A DNA stretch of 64,000 nt from Candidatus Pyrohabitans jungbluthii (GCA_002010065.2 MTMD02000008.1:320001-384000); one strand, 5' to 3'. Counted from the first letter of the stretch, positions 18,107 through 28,906 are shown. Made by a program: numbers and translations. Notes: a model not told the origin generated them from the sequence alone.

Positions 18107-19609
18107 ATGAAGGTGCTCATAGTTACGGGGAAGCTCGCAGCAGAGCGCGCTCTCGCAATAGCCAAGCGCTTCTCCGCAAAGGTACACATAACCAGCGAGG
18201 AGGTGGCCAGCCTTTTAACTCCAAGAAAGATTGCAAAGAGCTTGGGCAGGGTTCGCGACGCAGAGATGGTGCTCGTACCCGGCTTGATTAAGGGCGACGT
18301 CGCTGAGGTGGCTCGCGTAACCGGTGTACCCGTGTATAAAGGCACCCGTGACATCGCTGATTTGGAGATTCTCCTTAAAAATCTGGATAATATTGAACTC
18401 TCCACCACCACTCCAGCGGATGCCCTGCTTGAAGACAGGGTTATAGCTCAAGCGCTGCGCGAGCTCAAGCGCGTCGATTCCGCGAAGGTAAAAGAGAAGC
18501 TGCTCAAACGCAGGAGGAACATGCTAATAGGCAGCCTCGCTGTGGGCAGGGACTTTCCAATGCGAGTGCTGGCTGAGATTGTGGGGATAGAGCATCTGAG
18601 CGATGATGAGATTCTCAGGCGGGCGAACTACTTCAAGCGCAGCGGCGCTGACATAATAGACCTGGGGATAATGGAGTCCTCGCCCAAGCGCGTCGCAGAG
18701 GTTATAGAACTGCTCAAACCTCTGGAAGTGCCCCTCTCCATTGATACCATGGAGGCGAGGAACATCGCCTCCGCCATAGATGCTGGGGCTGATCTCATTC
18801 TGAGCTTTGACCACGAGCTTTTGAAGGAGTTCTCTGGCATAGAAACGCCGAGCGTTATAATCCCCCGTCGAGGAGGCGAGGTTCCCAGGCGGGCAGAGCA
18901 ACGGGTAAAGCTCCTGGAGGAGAACATAGCTTTAGCAGAGGAACAGGGATTTAAAAAGATTATAGCCGACCCTCTGCTATCTCCTCTCAATTTCGGCTTC
19001 ACCGAGAGCGTGGAAGCGTATCGCCGTTTTGGGGAGCGCAACCCTGAGCGGGTGATGCTCTTCGGCCTGGGCAATGTGAGCGAGCTGCTCGACGCGGATT
19101 CCACGGGCGTAAACGCTGTCCTCGCGGGCATAGCCAGCGAGGTGGGGGCGAGCATCCTCTTCACCCCAGAGGCAAGTGCTAAAACTAAGGGGAGCGTGCG
19201 CGAGCTGAGCGTAGCTGCGAAAATGATGTTCCTAGCGAAGCAGCGTGGAGCGATGCCCAAGGATCTGGGGCTCAGCTTGCTCGTGTGCAAAGAGAAGCGA
19301 ATAAGGCGGGAGCCTCTGCCAGAGGAGGTAAAGCGAGCTAAGGCGGTAAAGGCTGAGCAAAGCGCCTCGCATGCATGGGATGCAAAGGGCTACTTCAAGA
19401 TATACGTAGACGACGCGATGATTTACTGTGCCCATTTCATGGACGGGAAGCTCAACCTTGTTGTGACTGGCGAAAGCGCAAAAGACATAGGCGACACACT
19501 GCTGCGCCTGGGTTTAATAGGCGAGCTTTCCCATGCTCTGTACCTGGGCCGCGAACTTCAGCGCGCCGAGGATGCCCTTCGCCTTGGGAAGGGTTATGTT
19601 CAGCGGTGA
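18107..19609 (+). CDS. dihydropteroate synthase-like protein (TIGR00284) with C-terminal DUF4346-like domain
   Basis: MKVLIVTGKLA, GADIIDLG, LSIDT, GNVSELLDADSTGVN, HALYLGREL. Confidence 0.88.
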   Translation: MKVLIVTGKLAAERALAIAKRFSAKVHITSEEVASLLTPRKIAKSLGRVRDAEMVLVPGLIKGDVAEVARVTGVPVYKGTRDIADLEILLKNLDNIELSTTTPADALLEDRVIAQALRELKRVDSAKVKEKLLKRRRNMLIGSLAVGRDFPMRVLAEIVGIEHLSDDEILRRANYFKRSGADIIDLGIMESSPKRVAEVIELLKPLEVPLSIDTMEARNIASAIDAGADLILSFDHELLKEFSGIETPSVIIPRRGGEVPRRAEQRVKLLEENIALAEEQGFKKIIADPLLSPLNFGFTESVEAYRRFGERNPERVMLFGLGNVSELLDADSTGVNAVLAGIASEVGASILFTPEASAKTKGSVRELSVAAKMMFLAKQRGAMPKDLGLSLLVCKEKRIRREPLPEEVKRAKAVKAEQSASHAWDAKGYFKIYVDDAMIYCAHFMDGKLNLVVTGESAKDIGDTLLRLGLIGELSHALYLGRELQRAEDALRLGKGYVQR

Positions 19610-19678
19610 GTTAAAAATTGTTACCGTTGAGACTGCTCGGCCTAATTGCGGCTTCACAAGGCGAGAGAGGTTATAGGC

Positions 19679-21409
19679 GTGCCCAGGGTAAAGATTACCG
19701 ACACAACTTTTCGCGATGCGCACCAGAGTTTGGCCGCAACCCGCATGCGGATGCGCCATATGCTGCCCATAATTGAGAAGATGGATGAGGTTGGCTTCTT
19801 CTCTATGGAAGTGTGGGGCGGCGCCACCTTCGATTCGTGCATCCGCTACCTGAATGAGGACCCATGGGAGCGCATCCGCACCTTCAAGAAGCACATGAAG
19901 AACACACCCACGCAGATGCTCCTTAGAGGGCAGAACCTCGTAGGCTATAAACACTACAGCGACGACATAGTGGAGAAGTTTGTGGAAAAGGCCTACGAGA
20001 ACGGCGTGGATATATTCCGAATATTCGACGCCCTCAATGATATCCGTAACATGGAGTTTGCAATACGCGTCGCTAAGCGCCTAGGTGCGCACGTTCAGGG
20101 TACAATATGTTACACAATTTCGCCCGTGCACACCATTGAGAGCTACGTGGAGCTTGCGAAGAAGTTGGAAGAGCTTGAGTGCGATTCGCTGTGCATAAAG
20201 GATATGGCAGGGCTCATCTCCCCTCAGGCAGCGCGCGACCTCGTTAGGGCGCTGAAAAAGGAGATTTCCATACCTATAGACCTGCACTCCCACTGCACCT
20301 CCGGTATGGCGCCCATCGCCTACTTCGCCGCCATCGAAGCGGGTGTGGATATAATTGACACCGCAATGTCCCCCTTTGCGTGGGGCACCTCGCAGCCACC
20401 CACGGAGAGCATGGTGGCCGCGCTTAAAGGTACGCCCTACGACACAGGCATTGACCTCGAGGCTTTTGCTGAAATAACACCCTTCTTCAAGGAGGTGCGA
20501 AGGCGATACGATGCGATTATCGAGGACATCTCAGAGATGGTCGACGTCAACGTGCTGCTATACCAGATTCCCGGGGGGATGATGTCTAACTTAATAGCCC
20601 AGCTCAAAGAGCAGAACGCCCTGGACAAGCTTCCCGAGGTTCTTGAAGAGGTGCCACGGGTGCGAAAAGACCTGGGCTACCCGCCTCTGGTGACGCCCAC
20701 GTCGCAGATAGTAGGCACGCAGGCGGTTATGAATGTCCTTGTGGGAGAGCGCTATAAGGTGGTGCCAAAGGAGGTTAAGGATTACGTTCGTGGCCTATAC
20801 GGCAAGCCCCCCGCGCCCATAGACGAGGAGGTCAAGGCGAAGATAATAGGCGACGAGGAGGTTATAACCTGCCGCCCCGCAGATTTGCTCCCGCCTCAGC
20901 TACACCAGCTTAAAGAAGAGGCGGAGAAGCTGGGGATAATTAAAAAGGAGGAGGATCTGCTAACCTATGCCCTCTACCCGGCGATAGCGGTGAAGTTCCT
21001 CAAAGGCGAGTTACGCGAGGAGCCCCTGCCAGAGAAGCGCGAGGCTGCGGAGAAGGAGGAGAAAGGCATCCCCACGGAATACGTGGTAGAGGTGGATGGC
21101 GAGGAGTTCAATGTGCGCGTAAAGCCAGTGGGTGGCTTCATCGAAATCTCACAGGCGGCGAGGGCAGCACAGCAAAAAGCCCCGCCAAAGGATGTGGAGG
21201 GCGGCATTAAGGCACCGATGCAGGGGATGATAGTGAAGATCAATGTAAAGAAGGGCGACAAGGTGAACAAGGGCGACGTCGTAGCTGTGCTCGAAGCCAT
21301 GAAGATGCAGAATGACGTCATCGCAAGCCACGACGGCACAGTTGAGGAGATCTTCGTGGAGGAGGGGGCGAACGTCGCAGCTGGGGACGTTATAATGGCT
21401 GTGAGATGA
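19679..21409 (+). CDS. pycB: pyruvate carboxylase subunit B / oxaloacetate decarboxylase alpha (biotin carrier)
   Basis: RDAHQSLAATR, WGGATFD, YPPLVTPTSQIVG; biotinylation motif EAMKM. Confidence 0.93.
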   Translation: MPRVKITDTTFRDAHQSLAATRMRMRHMLPIIEKMDEVGFFSMEVWGGATFDSCIRYLNEDPWERIRTFKKHMKNTPTQMLLRGQNLVGYKHYSDDIVEKFVEKAYENGVDIFRIFDALNDIRNMEFAIRVAKRLGAHVQGTICYTISPVHTIESYVELAKKLEELECDSLCIKDMAGLISPQAARDLVRALKKEISIPIDLHSHCTSGMAPIAYFAAIEAGVDIIDTAMSPFAWGTSQPPTESMVAALKGTPYDTGIDLEAFAEITPFFKEVRRRYDAIIEDISEMVDVNVLLYQIPGGMMSNLIAQLKEQNALDKLPEVLEEVPRVRKDLGYPPLVTPTSQIVGTQAVMNVLVGERYKVVPKEVKDYVRGLYGKPPAPIDEEVKAKIIGDEEVITCRPADLLPPQLHQLKEEAEKLGIIKKEEDLLTYALYPAIAVKFLKGELREEPLPEKREAAEKEEKGIPTEYVVEVDGEEFNVRVKPVGGFIEISQAARAAQQKAPPKDVEGGIKAPMQGMIVKINVKKGDKVNKGDVVAVLEAMKMQNDVIASHDGTVEEIFVEEGANVAAGDVIMAVR

Positions 21410-21430
21410 GCTACTCAAAAATCTACTATT

Positions 21431-21445
21431 TTTCAGAATTCGAAA
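21431..21445. promoter_or_regulatory. palindromic box TTTCAGAATTCGAAA
   Basis: Followed by gaaaaagc-ATATATAA; exact reverse complement of 63780-63794. Confidence 0.6.
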
Positions 21446-21581
21446 GAAAAAGCATATATAAGCAGCAAATAAAATATTAGATACTTTAATGGGGCCTAAC
21501 GGGGGGAGGGGGAACCCTCTTATTTTCATTTTTCCAGCGGTATGCAAAAGGATTTAATAGCCCTGTGCCTTACTCTTTTTA

Positions 21582-22598
21582 ATGCTTGAGTTAACCTATG
21601 AGACCTTCGCGAGGAAGAGGGCGAAGCTAAGGGAGAAGATGATAAAGCTGCTACACAGTGAAGAGTTGAGCAGGTACCGCGAACTGTGGCACAGCTTTGA
21701 GCCCGAGGCGGGGCAGAGCGTTATTGCCGCCGTGGACGGAAGCAGCAACTACAAGCGCTACAAGAGCCTGCTGCTCTACGCGATTAACGCTGCGGTGGTG
21801 AGCTACGACGGCTCTCTTAAAGAGAAGGGATACGCGGATGTTGACTTCCTCACACCCTACAAGTACCTCACTGAGAGGCTTGACCTTTACCGCGCAACCC
21901 TTGAGCTAAAGGCAGCCCTTTCGGTGATAGATGAGGTGGAGCTTCTACTTCTTGACGGCTCACTCCACAGCAGCTTAACTGCGCCGAAGCAGTGGTGGAG
22001 GTTTATGGAGAGAGAAAAGGTAGAGGAGGTGCTTAACTATCTCCCCTTGCTGGAGGAGAGCGAGGAAACAGAGCTAATCTCAAAGGAAATAGCCGAAGAG
22101 TTGGAGGAAGCAGAGAAGATTATGCTGCTAGAGTACCTGGAGTACCTTGTGGCGATTCAGAAGTTGGTTGAGAGGGGGGTGAATAAGGTGGTGGGAGTAG
22201 CCAAAACTTCGACGGACACCAGCTTTAACAGGGGTATTCCAGATATAGCGGTGTTTGAGGAAATCACAAGCAGCGCTGGCTACTCTTCGCCGAGAGACAA
22301 GTTTATAAACATGCGCTACCCCATCTACGATGACTTCTTCAGAAGCCTAGTGTTCACAACCTTCTATGCCAGGCTTGAGAGGGGTAAGGGCATGCTCATG
22401 ATTGAGCTTCCGCGAGAGGCGAGAGAAGAGGAAATCCACGAGCTGCTTGCAAAGCTCAGAGGCATAAGCGTAGACGGTTACCCCTACCTGCTAAGAAAAG
22501 CCCACAAGAGAGTAGTAATAACCGGAAAGGACATGGAGAAGTTTGCAATCTCCCTAGGCATAAGCGAGAAAACTGGGAGGGAGGTGCTGGCATGGTAG
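21582..22598 (+). CDS. nurA: DNA double-strand-break repair nuclease NurA
   Basis: AAVDGS, LLLDGSL, GVAKTS, GYPYLLRKAH. Confidence 0.92.
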   Translation: MLELTYETFARKRAKLREKMIKLLHSEELSRYRELWHSFEPEAGQSVIAAVDGSSNYKRYKSLLLYAINAAVVSYDGSLKEKGYADVDFLTPYKYLTERLDLYRATLELKAALSVIDEVELLLLDGSLHSSLTAPKQWWRFMEREKVEEVLNYLPLLEESEETELISKEIAEELEEAEKIMLLEYLEYLVAIQKLVERGVNKVVGVAKTSTDTSFNRGIPDIAVFEEITSSAGYSSPRDKFINMRYPIYDDFFRSLVFTTFYARLERGKGMLMIELPREAREEEIHELLAKLRGISVDGYPYLLRKAHKRVVITGKDMEKFAISLGISEKTGREVLAW

Positions 22599-24073
22599 AG
22601 GTTATAGGCGTGTGCATCGGCGAGGCTTCGCCCTCAAAAGTGTCCTTTATAGCAAAGAAAATGCCAAAACTTGGCGAGTATGTGGTGCTTGAGTTTGACG
22701 GCATGCGTGTGCTCGGCATGGTGGAAGCTCTAACCAGAGGTAACCCAAGCATCTCAGGGGACATCCTCGACCCCGAGGTGGTAGAGCGCATCCTTTCCTT
22801 CGAGAGTCAGGAGGAGCAATACATACGCGCCAGCCTTCGCCTTCTCGGGGAGATTTCGTCTCTAACCATGCCCAAGGTTCCACCGCCGCCAGGCACAAAG
22901 GTTTACCGCGCCGATGCACAAACGCTGAGGAGCATTTTTGGAGGAGGGAACATAAAGATAGGGAGGCTCATCTCCCACCCTGAGGTGGAGGTTTACGTGG
23001 ATGCGAACAAGATGATCACTAGGCATCTTGCGATTCTTGCAATTACCGGTGCTGGGAAGAGCAACACTGTTAGCGTAATCGTCGATGGTATCCTCAAGCT
23101 CAAGGGCATGCCCGTGATATTCGACATGCACTCCGAGTATGTAAATGCAGAATTTTCAGGTGGAGTTAAGCGCATCCTGCCAAAGCTTAATCCTATTTAC
23201 CTGCTGTATGGCGAGCTGAAGCGTCTTGTGAACATCGATGAAAAGGCGTATATCCAGGAGAGGTACCTGCGCGAAGCTTATAACCATGCCATGGACCAGG
23301 TTAAGACCTCGCCCGCAAGCTTAATAGATGAGATGCTTCTTTATCTTCAAGAAGTCTACTCCAGCGAAGAAACCAACACCAGCGAAAAGAACTCCATCTC
23401 GGGCGTTATTGGCAAGCTTTTGGACTTCCGGGAGAAATACGGTGATATCCTGGATGAGCACGCCCCTGAGATAGTTGAACTGTTTGAGCAGGGAAAGGCA
23501 AACGTCATAGACCTGGGAAGCGTTGACGAGGACTACGCCGACGTTATAGTGAGTCATGTGCTGAGAAAGCTTCTGTACAAGCGGAAGCTTCGCGGGATAC
23601 CTCCGGCTTTCTGCATTCTCGAAGAGGCGCACATCCTCGCCCCCGCGTACCGCCCCACGCTTTCAAAGTACTGGATTGACCGCATCGCTCGCGAGGGGAG
23701 AAAGTTCGGCGTGGGTTTGTGCCTGGTGAGTCAGCGTCCAAAGAGCTTGGACGCAAACTCGCTATCTCAGGCGAACAATGCGATAATAATGCGCCTTGTT
23801 GAGCCCAGCGATCAACGCCACGTTCAGCAGGCGAGCGAGAGGCTGAGCGATGACCTTTTGGCTCAGCTTAGCTCCCTTAACATAGGCGAGGCGGTTGTGC
23901 TCGGGCTGATGACGCGCATACCAGCGCTGGTAAAGATAGACAGATTTGAGGGTAAGCTCTCAGGCGGGGACCCGGACATAATCGCAGAGTGGGAGAGGAT
24001 GAAAAATAGCGCTGAGGAAGAGGCTGAACAAGCTAAGAGAGAGGTGGAGGAGCTTTACTCAGGGATGGAGTAG
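22592..24073 (+). CDS. herA: HerA helicase/ATPase
   Basis: N-terminal HAS barrel, RHLAILAITGAGKS, EEAH, IAREGRKFG, SQRP. Confidence 0.93.
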   Translation: MVEVIGVCIGEASPSKVSFIAKKMPKLGEYVVLEFDGMRVLGMVEALTRGNPSISGDILDPEVVERILSFESQEEQYIRASLRLLGEISSLTMPKVPPPPGTKVYRADAQTLRSIFGGGNIKIGRLISHPEVEVYVDANKMITRHLAILAITGAGKSNTVSVIVDGILKLKGMPVIFDMHSEYVNAEFSGGVKRILPKLNPIYLLYGELKRLVNIDEKAYIQERYLREAYNHAMDQVKTSPASLIDEMLLYLQEVYSSEETNTSEKNSISGVIGKLLDFREKYGDILDEHAPEIVELFEQGKANVIDLGSVDEDYADVIVSHVLRKLLYKRKLRGIPPAFCILEEAHILAPAYRPTLSKYWIDRIAREGRKFGVGLCLVSQRPKSLDANSLSQANNAIIMRLVEPSDQRHVQQASERLSDDLLAQLSSLNIGEAVVLGLMTRIPALVKIDRFEGKLSGGDPDIIAEWERMKNSAEEEAEQAKREVEELYSGME

Positions 24074-24370
24074 CTATATCCTGACCATCTGCGCATGAGG
24101 CACGCCACACACGCGGAGCACATTCTCCTTGTCTATTATCCCTTCTTTTATTGCGATGGAAACAACGCTTTCCCCAGCGAGGTTTGCGATTGTTGCCTCC
24201 TTCAGGAACACCACAACCTGCTCCTCCGTGAATGCCTCATCGCCGTAAAACTCCTTCCTTATATCAAGGACAAGTTCCCCTTCCTCGAATACCTTCCCAC
24301 GAATATCCTCGTCGCACACCGCAACGAGAACCTCATTCTGCACCCGGTATACCTTGGCATAGTACTTCAT
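24074..24370 (-). CDS. DUF424 family protein
   Basis: LVAVCD, EFYG, ATIANLAG, GVPHAQ. Confidence 0.85.
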   Translation of the reverse strand: MKYYAKVYRVQNEVLVAVCDEDIRGKVFEEGELVLDIRKEFYGDEAFTEEQVVVFLKEATIANLAGESVVSIAIKEGIIDKENVLRVCGVPHAQMVRI

Positions 24371-24408
24371 TTCACCCAGGCGGCGCAGTTTAACGTTTTA
24401 CGCCAATC

Positions 24409-25122
24409 TTAAACACGTTTGAACCTGCCAATCTTGGGCTCGTATATCTCGCCTTCGCTAAGAAGCTCATTAAGTACTTCTTCCAGCTGCTCCTCTTCCA
24501 GAGCGCTCTCCCTGAGGAGGGTGATGTACTTCACACCATCGCCGTCGTCAAGCTCCTCGATGAGGTGGAGCACCTTCAGCTTCGGCTCCTCCTTTTCCTC
24601 GCGCTCGACGAGTTCAGCTGACTCAGCGTTTTCTACGCCTACAACCTCTTCCTCTACCACTGGCTCTTCAAAGCTCGCCTCAGCGGCACTCTCCTCTGCC
24701 GGTGCCTCCACCTCTGGCAACCGCCTCTCAGCTATCGCAAGCTCAAGCTCACGCACCAGCTCCCAGTTGGGATCGTCGATTACTCTTACCACCTCTGCAA
24801 GGATGTAAATCTCACCATCGTACTCCTTCACCTTGCCCACCACATCGACGGTATCGCCCACGCTAACCTTAACCAGAGGGTCAACCTCGCGGAAGGCGCG
24901 CACAGCTATCGTAGCCGAGGCGTCATCAAGGGTTATGCTGGAGTATTTGCCATCATCGCTCACAAACTTGGCAACGACAACACCCATAACGCGTACCCTC
25001 GAGGCTTTTACGCCTCGCCTCGTGATTATATAATTGGGCTCAAAGCGTTCACTGCTGCGGTGAAAACTAGCTTCCACCACATCTTTAATTCTGAGCTTTA
25101 CTGCAGTGCCCCTCTCAATCAT
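24409..25122 (-). CDS. OB-fold RPA32-like / RPA-associated protein with C-terminal wH domain
   Basis: SRVRVMGVVV, ITLDDAS, VDVVGKVKEY; C-terminal GEIYEPK. Confidence 0.8.
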   Translation of the reverse strand: MIERGTAVKLRIKDVVEASFHRSSERFEPNYIITRRGVKASRVRVMGVVVAKFVSDDGKYSSITLDDASATIAVRAFREVDPLVKVSVGDTVDVVGKVKEYDGEIYILAEVVRVIDDPNWELVRELELAIAERRLPEVEAPAEESAAEASFEEPVVEEEVVGVENAESAELVEREEKEEPKLKVLHLIEELDDGDGVKYITLLRESALEEEQLEEVLNELLSEGEIYEPKIGRFKRV

Positions 25123-25131
25123 CTCCTACCC

Positions 25132-27174
25132 TCATGTAGTTTTAAAGTGGTCGTACTTTGGCTCAAATATATCGCCTTGCTGGCGCAGCTTCTCTATAAG
25201 CTCCTGCGCAGTGCTCTTAGAAATGCCTCTTTCCTCGGCCAAGCTGAGAATCTCAGAGCGCTTGGCAGTGCCGTACTCATCCTCAAGCTCCTTTATTATG
25301 CTCAATATCTCTTTAATCTTGTCCCTCTGGGACTTGGTGACGCCCACGTAAATCTTATCTATGTCTACCCTGCCTGTTTCTAAATCCAGACCCGCCTGCG
25401 CCAGCGAGGTTTTGACCAGCGCGATGGCGCGATGGGCATCCTCTGCCGTAACTACGTTGCTCAGCCTCACCCGTGCACTTGCTTTGGCTAACCTAACTAT
25501 CGCCCAGAGCTGCCTCGCAGTAAGAGGTATTGGCACATCTTCGCTGCGCTGCGCCACCTCGCGCATCTCCACGTAGAAGTCCTCAATGGCTCGGCGCGCC
25601 TCCTCGCTGAGCTCAGGGAACACGTTCTGCCTAGCGTAGGCGATGTACTTTTTGAGCAACTCCGGCGGTATGGGTGGCTTTATGCTCTCAGGCGAAGAGG
25701 CTGTATCCAGTATGTGCCTTGCAATCTCGCGCGTCTTTGAGAGGTCATCTTTAACAAAAAAGATCAAATCAAAGCGGGAGAGTATCGTGGGTGGGAGATT
25801 AACCTGCTCTGAGATTGGGCGGTACTCATCGAAGCGCCCATACTTGGGGTTCGCCGCCGCAAGGATAGCGCAGCGCGAGCGAAAGGTGGCGAGGATGCCA
25901 GCTTTGGCAATGCTTACACTCTGCTGCTCCATTGCCTCGTGCATGGCTGAGCGATCACTCGGATCCATCTTGTCAAACTCGTCAATACATGCGATTCCAC
26001 GGTCGGCGAGTACCAGGGCGCCTGCCTCCAAGCTCCAGCCACCATCGCCAAACTCATCCTTTACAGCGGCTGCTGTCAAGCCAGCGCCGCTGGTGCCCTT
26101 ACCGCTCGCATAAACTCCACGGGGAGCAAGCTCCTTGGCGACATACTGCAGTATCTCGCTTTTACCTGTGGCGGGTTCACCCATGATTATTATGTGGGAA
26201 TCGCCGCGAATTCGTCCTCCATCTGGCAACTCCACGGCAGGAGCAGAGAAAAGCTGATACATTATTGCCTCTTTAATCTCCTCGTAGCCGAAAATGTGGG
26301 GAGCTATGCTTTTGCGAATCCTCTCGTAAATCTCTGGGTCGCGGGAGAGCTCTATAATCTTCTTTTCATCCTCCTTTGAGATGCGAACCTCCTCAAACTC
26401 TATTTGCACTGGATTGAAATTATTCGCCTCAATGAATATGTCGAAGACGCGAGACTTCGCATTGCCCATCTTTCGCCTCGCCGCACGGAGAATGCCTATA
26501 ACCTCAATAGAATCGCCAGGTGTGATTTTCCCTGTCAGGTCGTCCTCCAGAAGCACAGTTATCTGCTTTGGATGCTCTCCTCCGCGCAGGTCTTCCAGAT
26601 TCTCCTGAACAAGAATCTTTTGAGAGTCCACAAACACCGAGTTGTCCACATCAAGCTTGAAAGGACCGCGCTTTTCGCAGCTTTCGCACAGGTAGGGCTC
26701 CTTCAGCGAGTCGTCGTTCTGGGGGATGTGCATTATGTTTCCGCAGCGCTGGCACTCAAAGGCACCAACCACCAGCTTGGGGCGCACATCGGTGGCTTTC
26801 CTCACTATACCCTCGACAGCAATAAGCCTACCCACGTCGGCGCTGCGGATGTCGCGTATCAACAACCTACTCGTGGGTGGAAGATTGGTAAAGCGAAGGT
26901 TGAGTCTTATTGAGGGGTAATCCACGGGTAGCTCAATTTTGGTAAGGGCACGCTGAGCGGCAGAAATCGCAACGTCCGGGTTGCTGAGCACCTCGTCAGC
27001 AAGGGATATGTCGTACCTATCTAAATCTTCAAAGTTGACAACAAGGCTCTTCTCCTCAGGATAACCACGCACCACACGCAGAATCTCCCGCGAATAGTAC
27101 GCCCGGAAGAACCTGTCGAACCTCTCCTCCAGGTCAGTTGCTTGAAAAACCTCCGCACTATGTTCAGCCTCCAT
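25132..27174 (-). CDS. mcm: replicative helicase MCM
   Basis: C4 zinc finger, GEPATGKS, LEAGALVLADRGIACIDEFDKM, SRFD; no intein. Confidence 0.97.
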   Translation of the reverse strand: MEAEHSAEVFQATDLEERFDRFFRAYYSREILRVVRGYPEEKSLVVNFEDLDRYDISLADEVLSNPDVAISAAQRALTKIELPVDYPSIRLNLRFTNLPPTSRLLIRDIRSADVGRLIAVEGIVRKATDVRPKLVVGAFECQRCGNIMHIPQNDDSLKEPYLCESCEKRGPFKLDVDNSVFVDSQKILVQENLEDLRGGEHPKQITVLLEDDLTGKITPGDSIEVIGILRAARRKMGNAKSRVFDIFIEANNFNPVQIEFEEVRISKEDEKKIIELSRDPEIYERIRKSIAPHIFGYEEIKEAIMYQLFSAPAVELPDGGRIRGDSHIIIMGEPATGKSEILQYVAKELAPRGVYASGKGTSGAGLTAAAVKDEFGDGGWSLEAGALVLADRGIACIDEFDKMDPSDRSAMHEAMEQQSVSIAKAGILATFRSRCAILAAANPKYGRFDEYRPISEQVNLPPTILSRFDLIFFVKDDLSKTREIARHILDTASSPESIKPPIPPELLKKYIAYARQNVFPELSEEARRAIEDFYVEMREVAQRSEDVPIPLTARQLWAIVRLAKASARVRLSNVVTAEDAHRAIALVKTSLAQAGLDLETGRVDIDKIYVGVTKSQRDKIKEILSIIKELEDEYGTAKRSEILSLAEERGISKSTAQELIEKLRQQGDIFEPKYDHFKTT

Positions 27175-27325
27175 CACAACACCCACTTCCCATTCTATCC
27201 CTATCCTTTTAACCACTTTCGATTGCCTCAGCTTTACTTCCCATGCTTCTCTTGCAGGTTGTGGAGTTTATATTAAGAAGGAGAGTAAAGAGACTTTGCC
27301 GAGAGAGCGCAGGAAAAGTTAAAAC

Positions 27326-28207
27326 TCAAACAAACACCCCGTAAGTGCGCTCCACCTCCTCCTTGTGAATCCTCCAGATATCCTCTTCGCTGAGCAGCCC
27401 CTCCGCGTAGAGTTTCTTAGTAACCCTGGGCACACTCCGCGGGGATACCACCGCTCCCGGACGGGAGGCATCATCGATATAATCTGACTCCATGAGAAAC
27501 CTCGTCCCCTGCTCCAACGCGGCGACTATATTCTTCCTCGTGGCTATAAGCGAGGGCATTATCCTCAACTCCCTGCTTTTTTTAATCAAAGGCGGGGAGA
27601 AGTGTTTCACAACGCGCTCCCTGCGCAGCCCAGCCTTGTCCGCAAGCTCAGCTATCGCAGTGAAGCCAGCTTCATCTATGCTCTCAGTGTGGAGCTGCAC
27701 AGCGCAGTCTGCATCGCGGGCTAACTCAAAGGCATAGAGCATCAAAGCCTCGCACGCCTCGCGTATCTCGTTTGACACAGGATAGTGGGGTCTGCCCACC
27801 TCGCCTATAGCGAAAGCCTCGCCATCGCACACATGCTTAGCGGCGAGCTCAAGCGCCTTCTCCGCGATTTCTTTAGCCTCCTCGAGGCTTCGCTGCCTTA
27901 CCATGAAGTGAAACTCCGCCGGGTGAACCCCAAGCACAGGGAAGGCGCGCACTCCAAGCTCACTAACCAGCTCTGCAAGCTTTATGGTCTCCTCGTAGAG
28001 CCTCGCAAAATTCTCCACACTAACCCCACTCAGCCCCAGGTCTTTGGTCAGCTTGTTCACTAGGAATATATTTTTGCCGCCCTCGCGGACGAACTTTTTA
28101 ACCGCCTCTATGCCCTCGCCATTCCTAGGATCGAGATGCATGTGGTTGTCTGTGATGGGAAACTCCTTCTTGAAGAGGGTGGCTTCCCTGCTAAGAACAG
28201 CCGCCAT
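27326..28207 (-). CDS. TatD-family metal-dependent hydrolase
   Basis: DNHMH, GVHP, IGEVGRPHY, QLHTE, ESDYIDD. Confidence 0.88.
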   Translation of the reverse strand: MAAVLSREATLFKKEFPITDNHMHLDPRNGEGIEAVKKFVREGGKNIFLVNKLTKDLGLSGVSVENFARLYEETIKLAELVSELGVRAFPVLGVHPAEFHFMVRQRSLEEAKEIAEKALELAAKHVCDGEAFAIGEVGRPHYPVSNEIREACEALMLYAFELARDADCAVQLHTESIDEAGFTAIAELADKAGLRRERVVKHFSPPLIKKSRELRIMPSLIATRKNIVAALEQGTRFLMESDYIDDASRPGAVVSPRSVPRVTKKLYAEGLLSEEDIWRIHKEEVERTYGVFV

Positions 28208-28210
28208 TGG

Positions 28211-28906
28211 CTACACCTTCTGCGGCGATGAGGAGCAGCTCCGCGATGCTTCGTGGGCGACCTCCTCTATACCTAACCTCATTGTACGCAGTATCTCCTC
28301 AAGGTTGACCTCTGTTTCCACGCAGCCATCCTTGAGGAGGGGCACGCCCATGACAGCACAGCTCTTACGGGAGATCTCGTGCATTCCCATGTTTAAGTCA
28401 CGGTGACATGCTACTCCGAGAGCAGCCTTGGGTTTCGTCGCCTTGATTATTCTCTTCACAAAGCTGCCCCCTGGCACTATGTAGAACTTGTAGCCAAGGC
28501 GCTCCGCTTCAGCTTTTAAGTCCTTAATTATGCACATCCCACAATCCTTGCAGCTTATGCCGGTCTTCGCATCCAGACGTGCGGGACAGCGTATGTGGCG
28601 GATGCACTGGGGCACAACTAGAATGCGCTCGCTCGGCGGTGTGCGCGCAAACTTCTCGCGGTTGAGATGGTTTCTAACCTCTATTCCAATGGCATCCACA
28701 AGCTTCTCACTCAACCCGAAGGCGCGGGCGACCTTCTTGAACTGCAGGTAGAGGGCGTCCATGGTGAAGAGCAGCAGGTGGGGCAGAATCAGCTTCTTCT
28801 TTTTAATCAGAAGCAGGCCGAGAAGCAGGGATACTAGGAGGAGCGCCAGTAAAATCGCCAGCGAATATACCGCCAGCCTCCCTACAATCTCATAAAAAGA
28901 AACCAT
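28211..28906 (-). CDS. DUF116 family protein
   Basis: PQCIRHIRCPA, CKDCGMC, VPGGS, GVAC, DGCVET. Confidence 0.88.
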   Translation of the reverse strand: MVSFYEIVGRLAVYSLAILLALLLVSLLLGLLLIKKKKLILPHLLLFTMDALYLQFKKVARAFGLSEKLVDAIGIEVRNHLNREKFARTPPSERILVVPQCIRHIRCPARLDAKTGISCKDCGMCIIKDLKAEAERLGYKFYIVPGGSFVKRIIKATKPKAALGVACHRDLNMGMHEISRKSCAVMGVPLLKDGCVETEVNLEEILRTMRLGIEEVAHEASRSCSSSPQKV

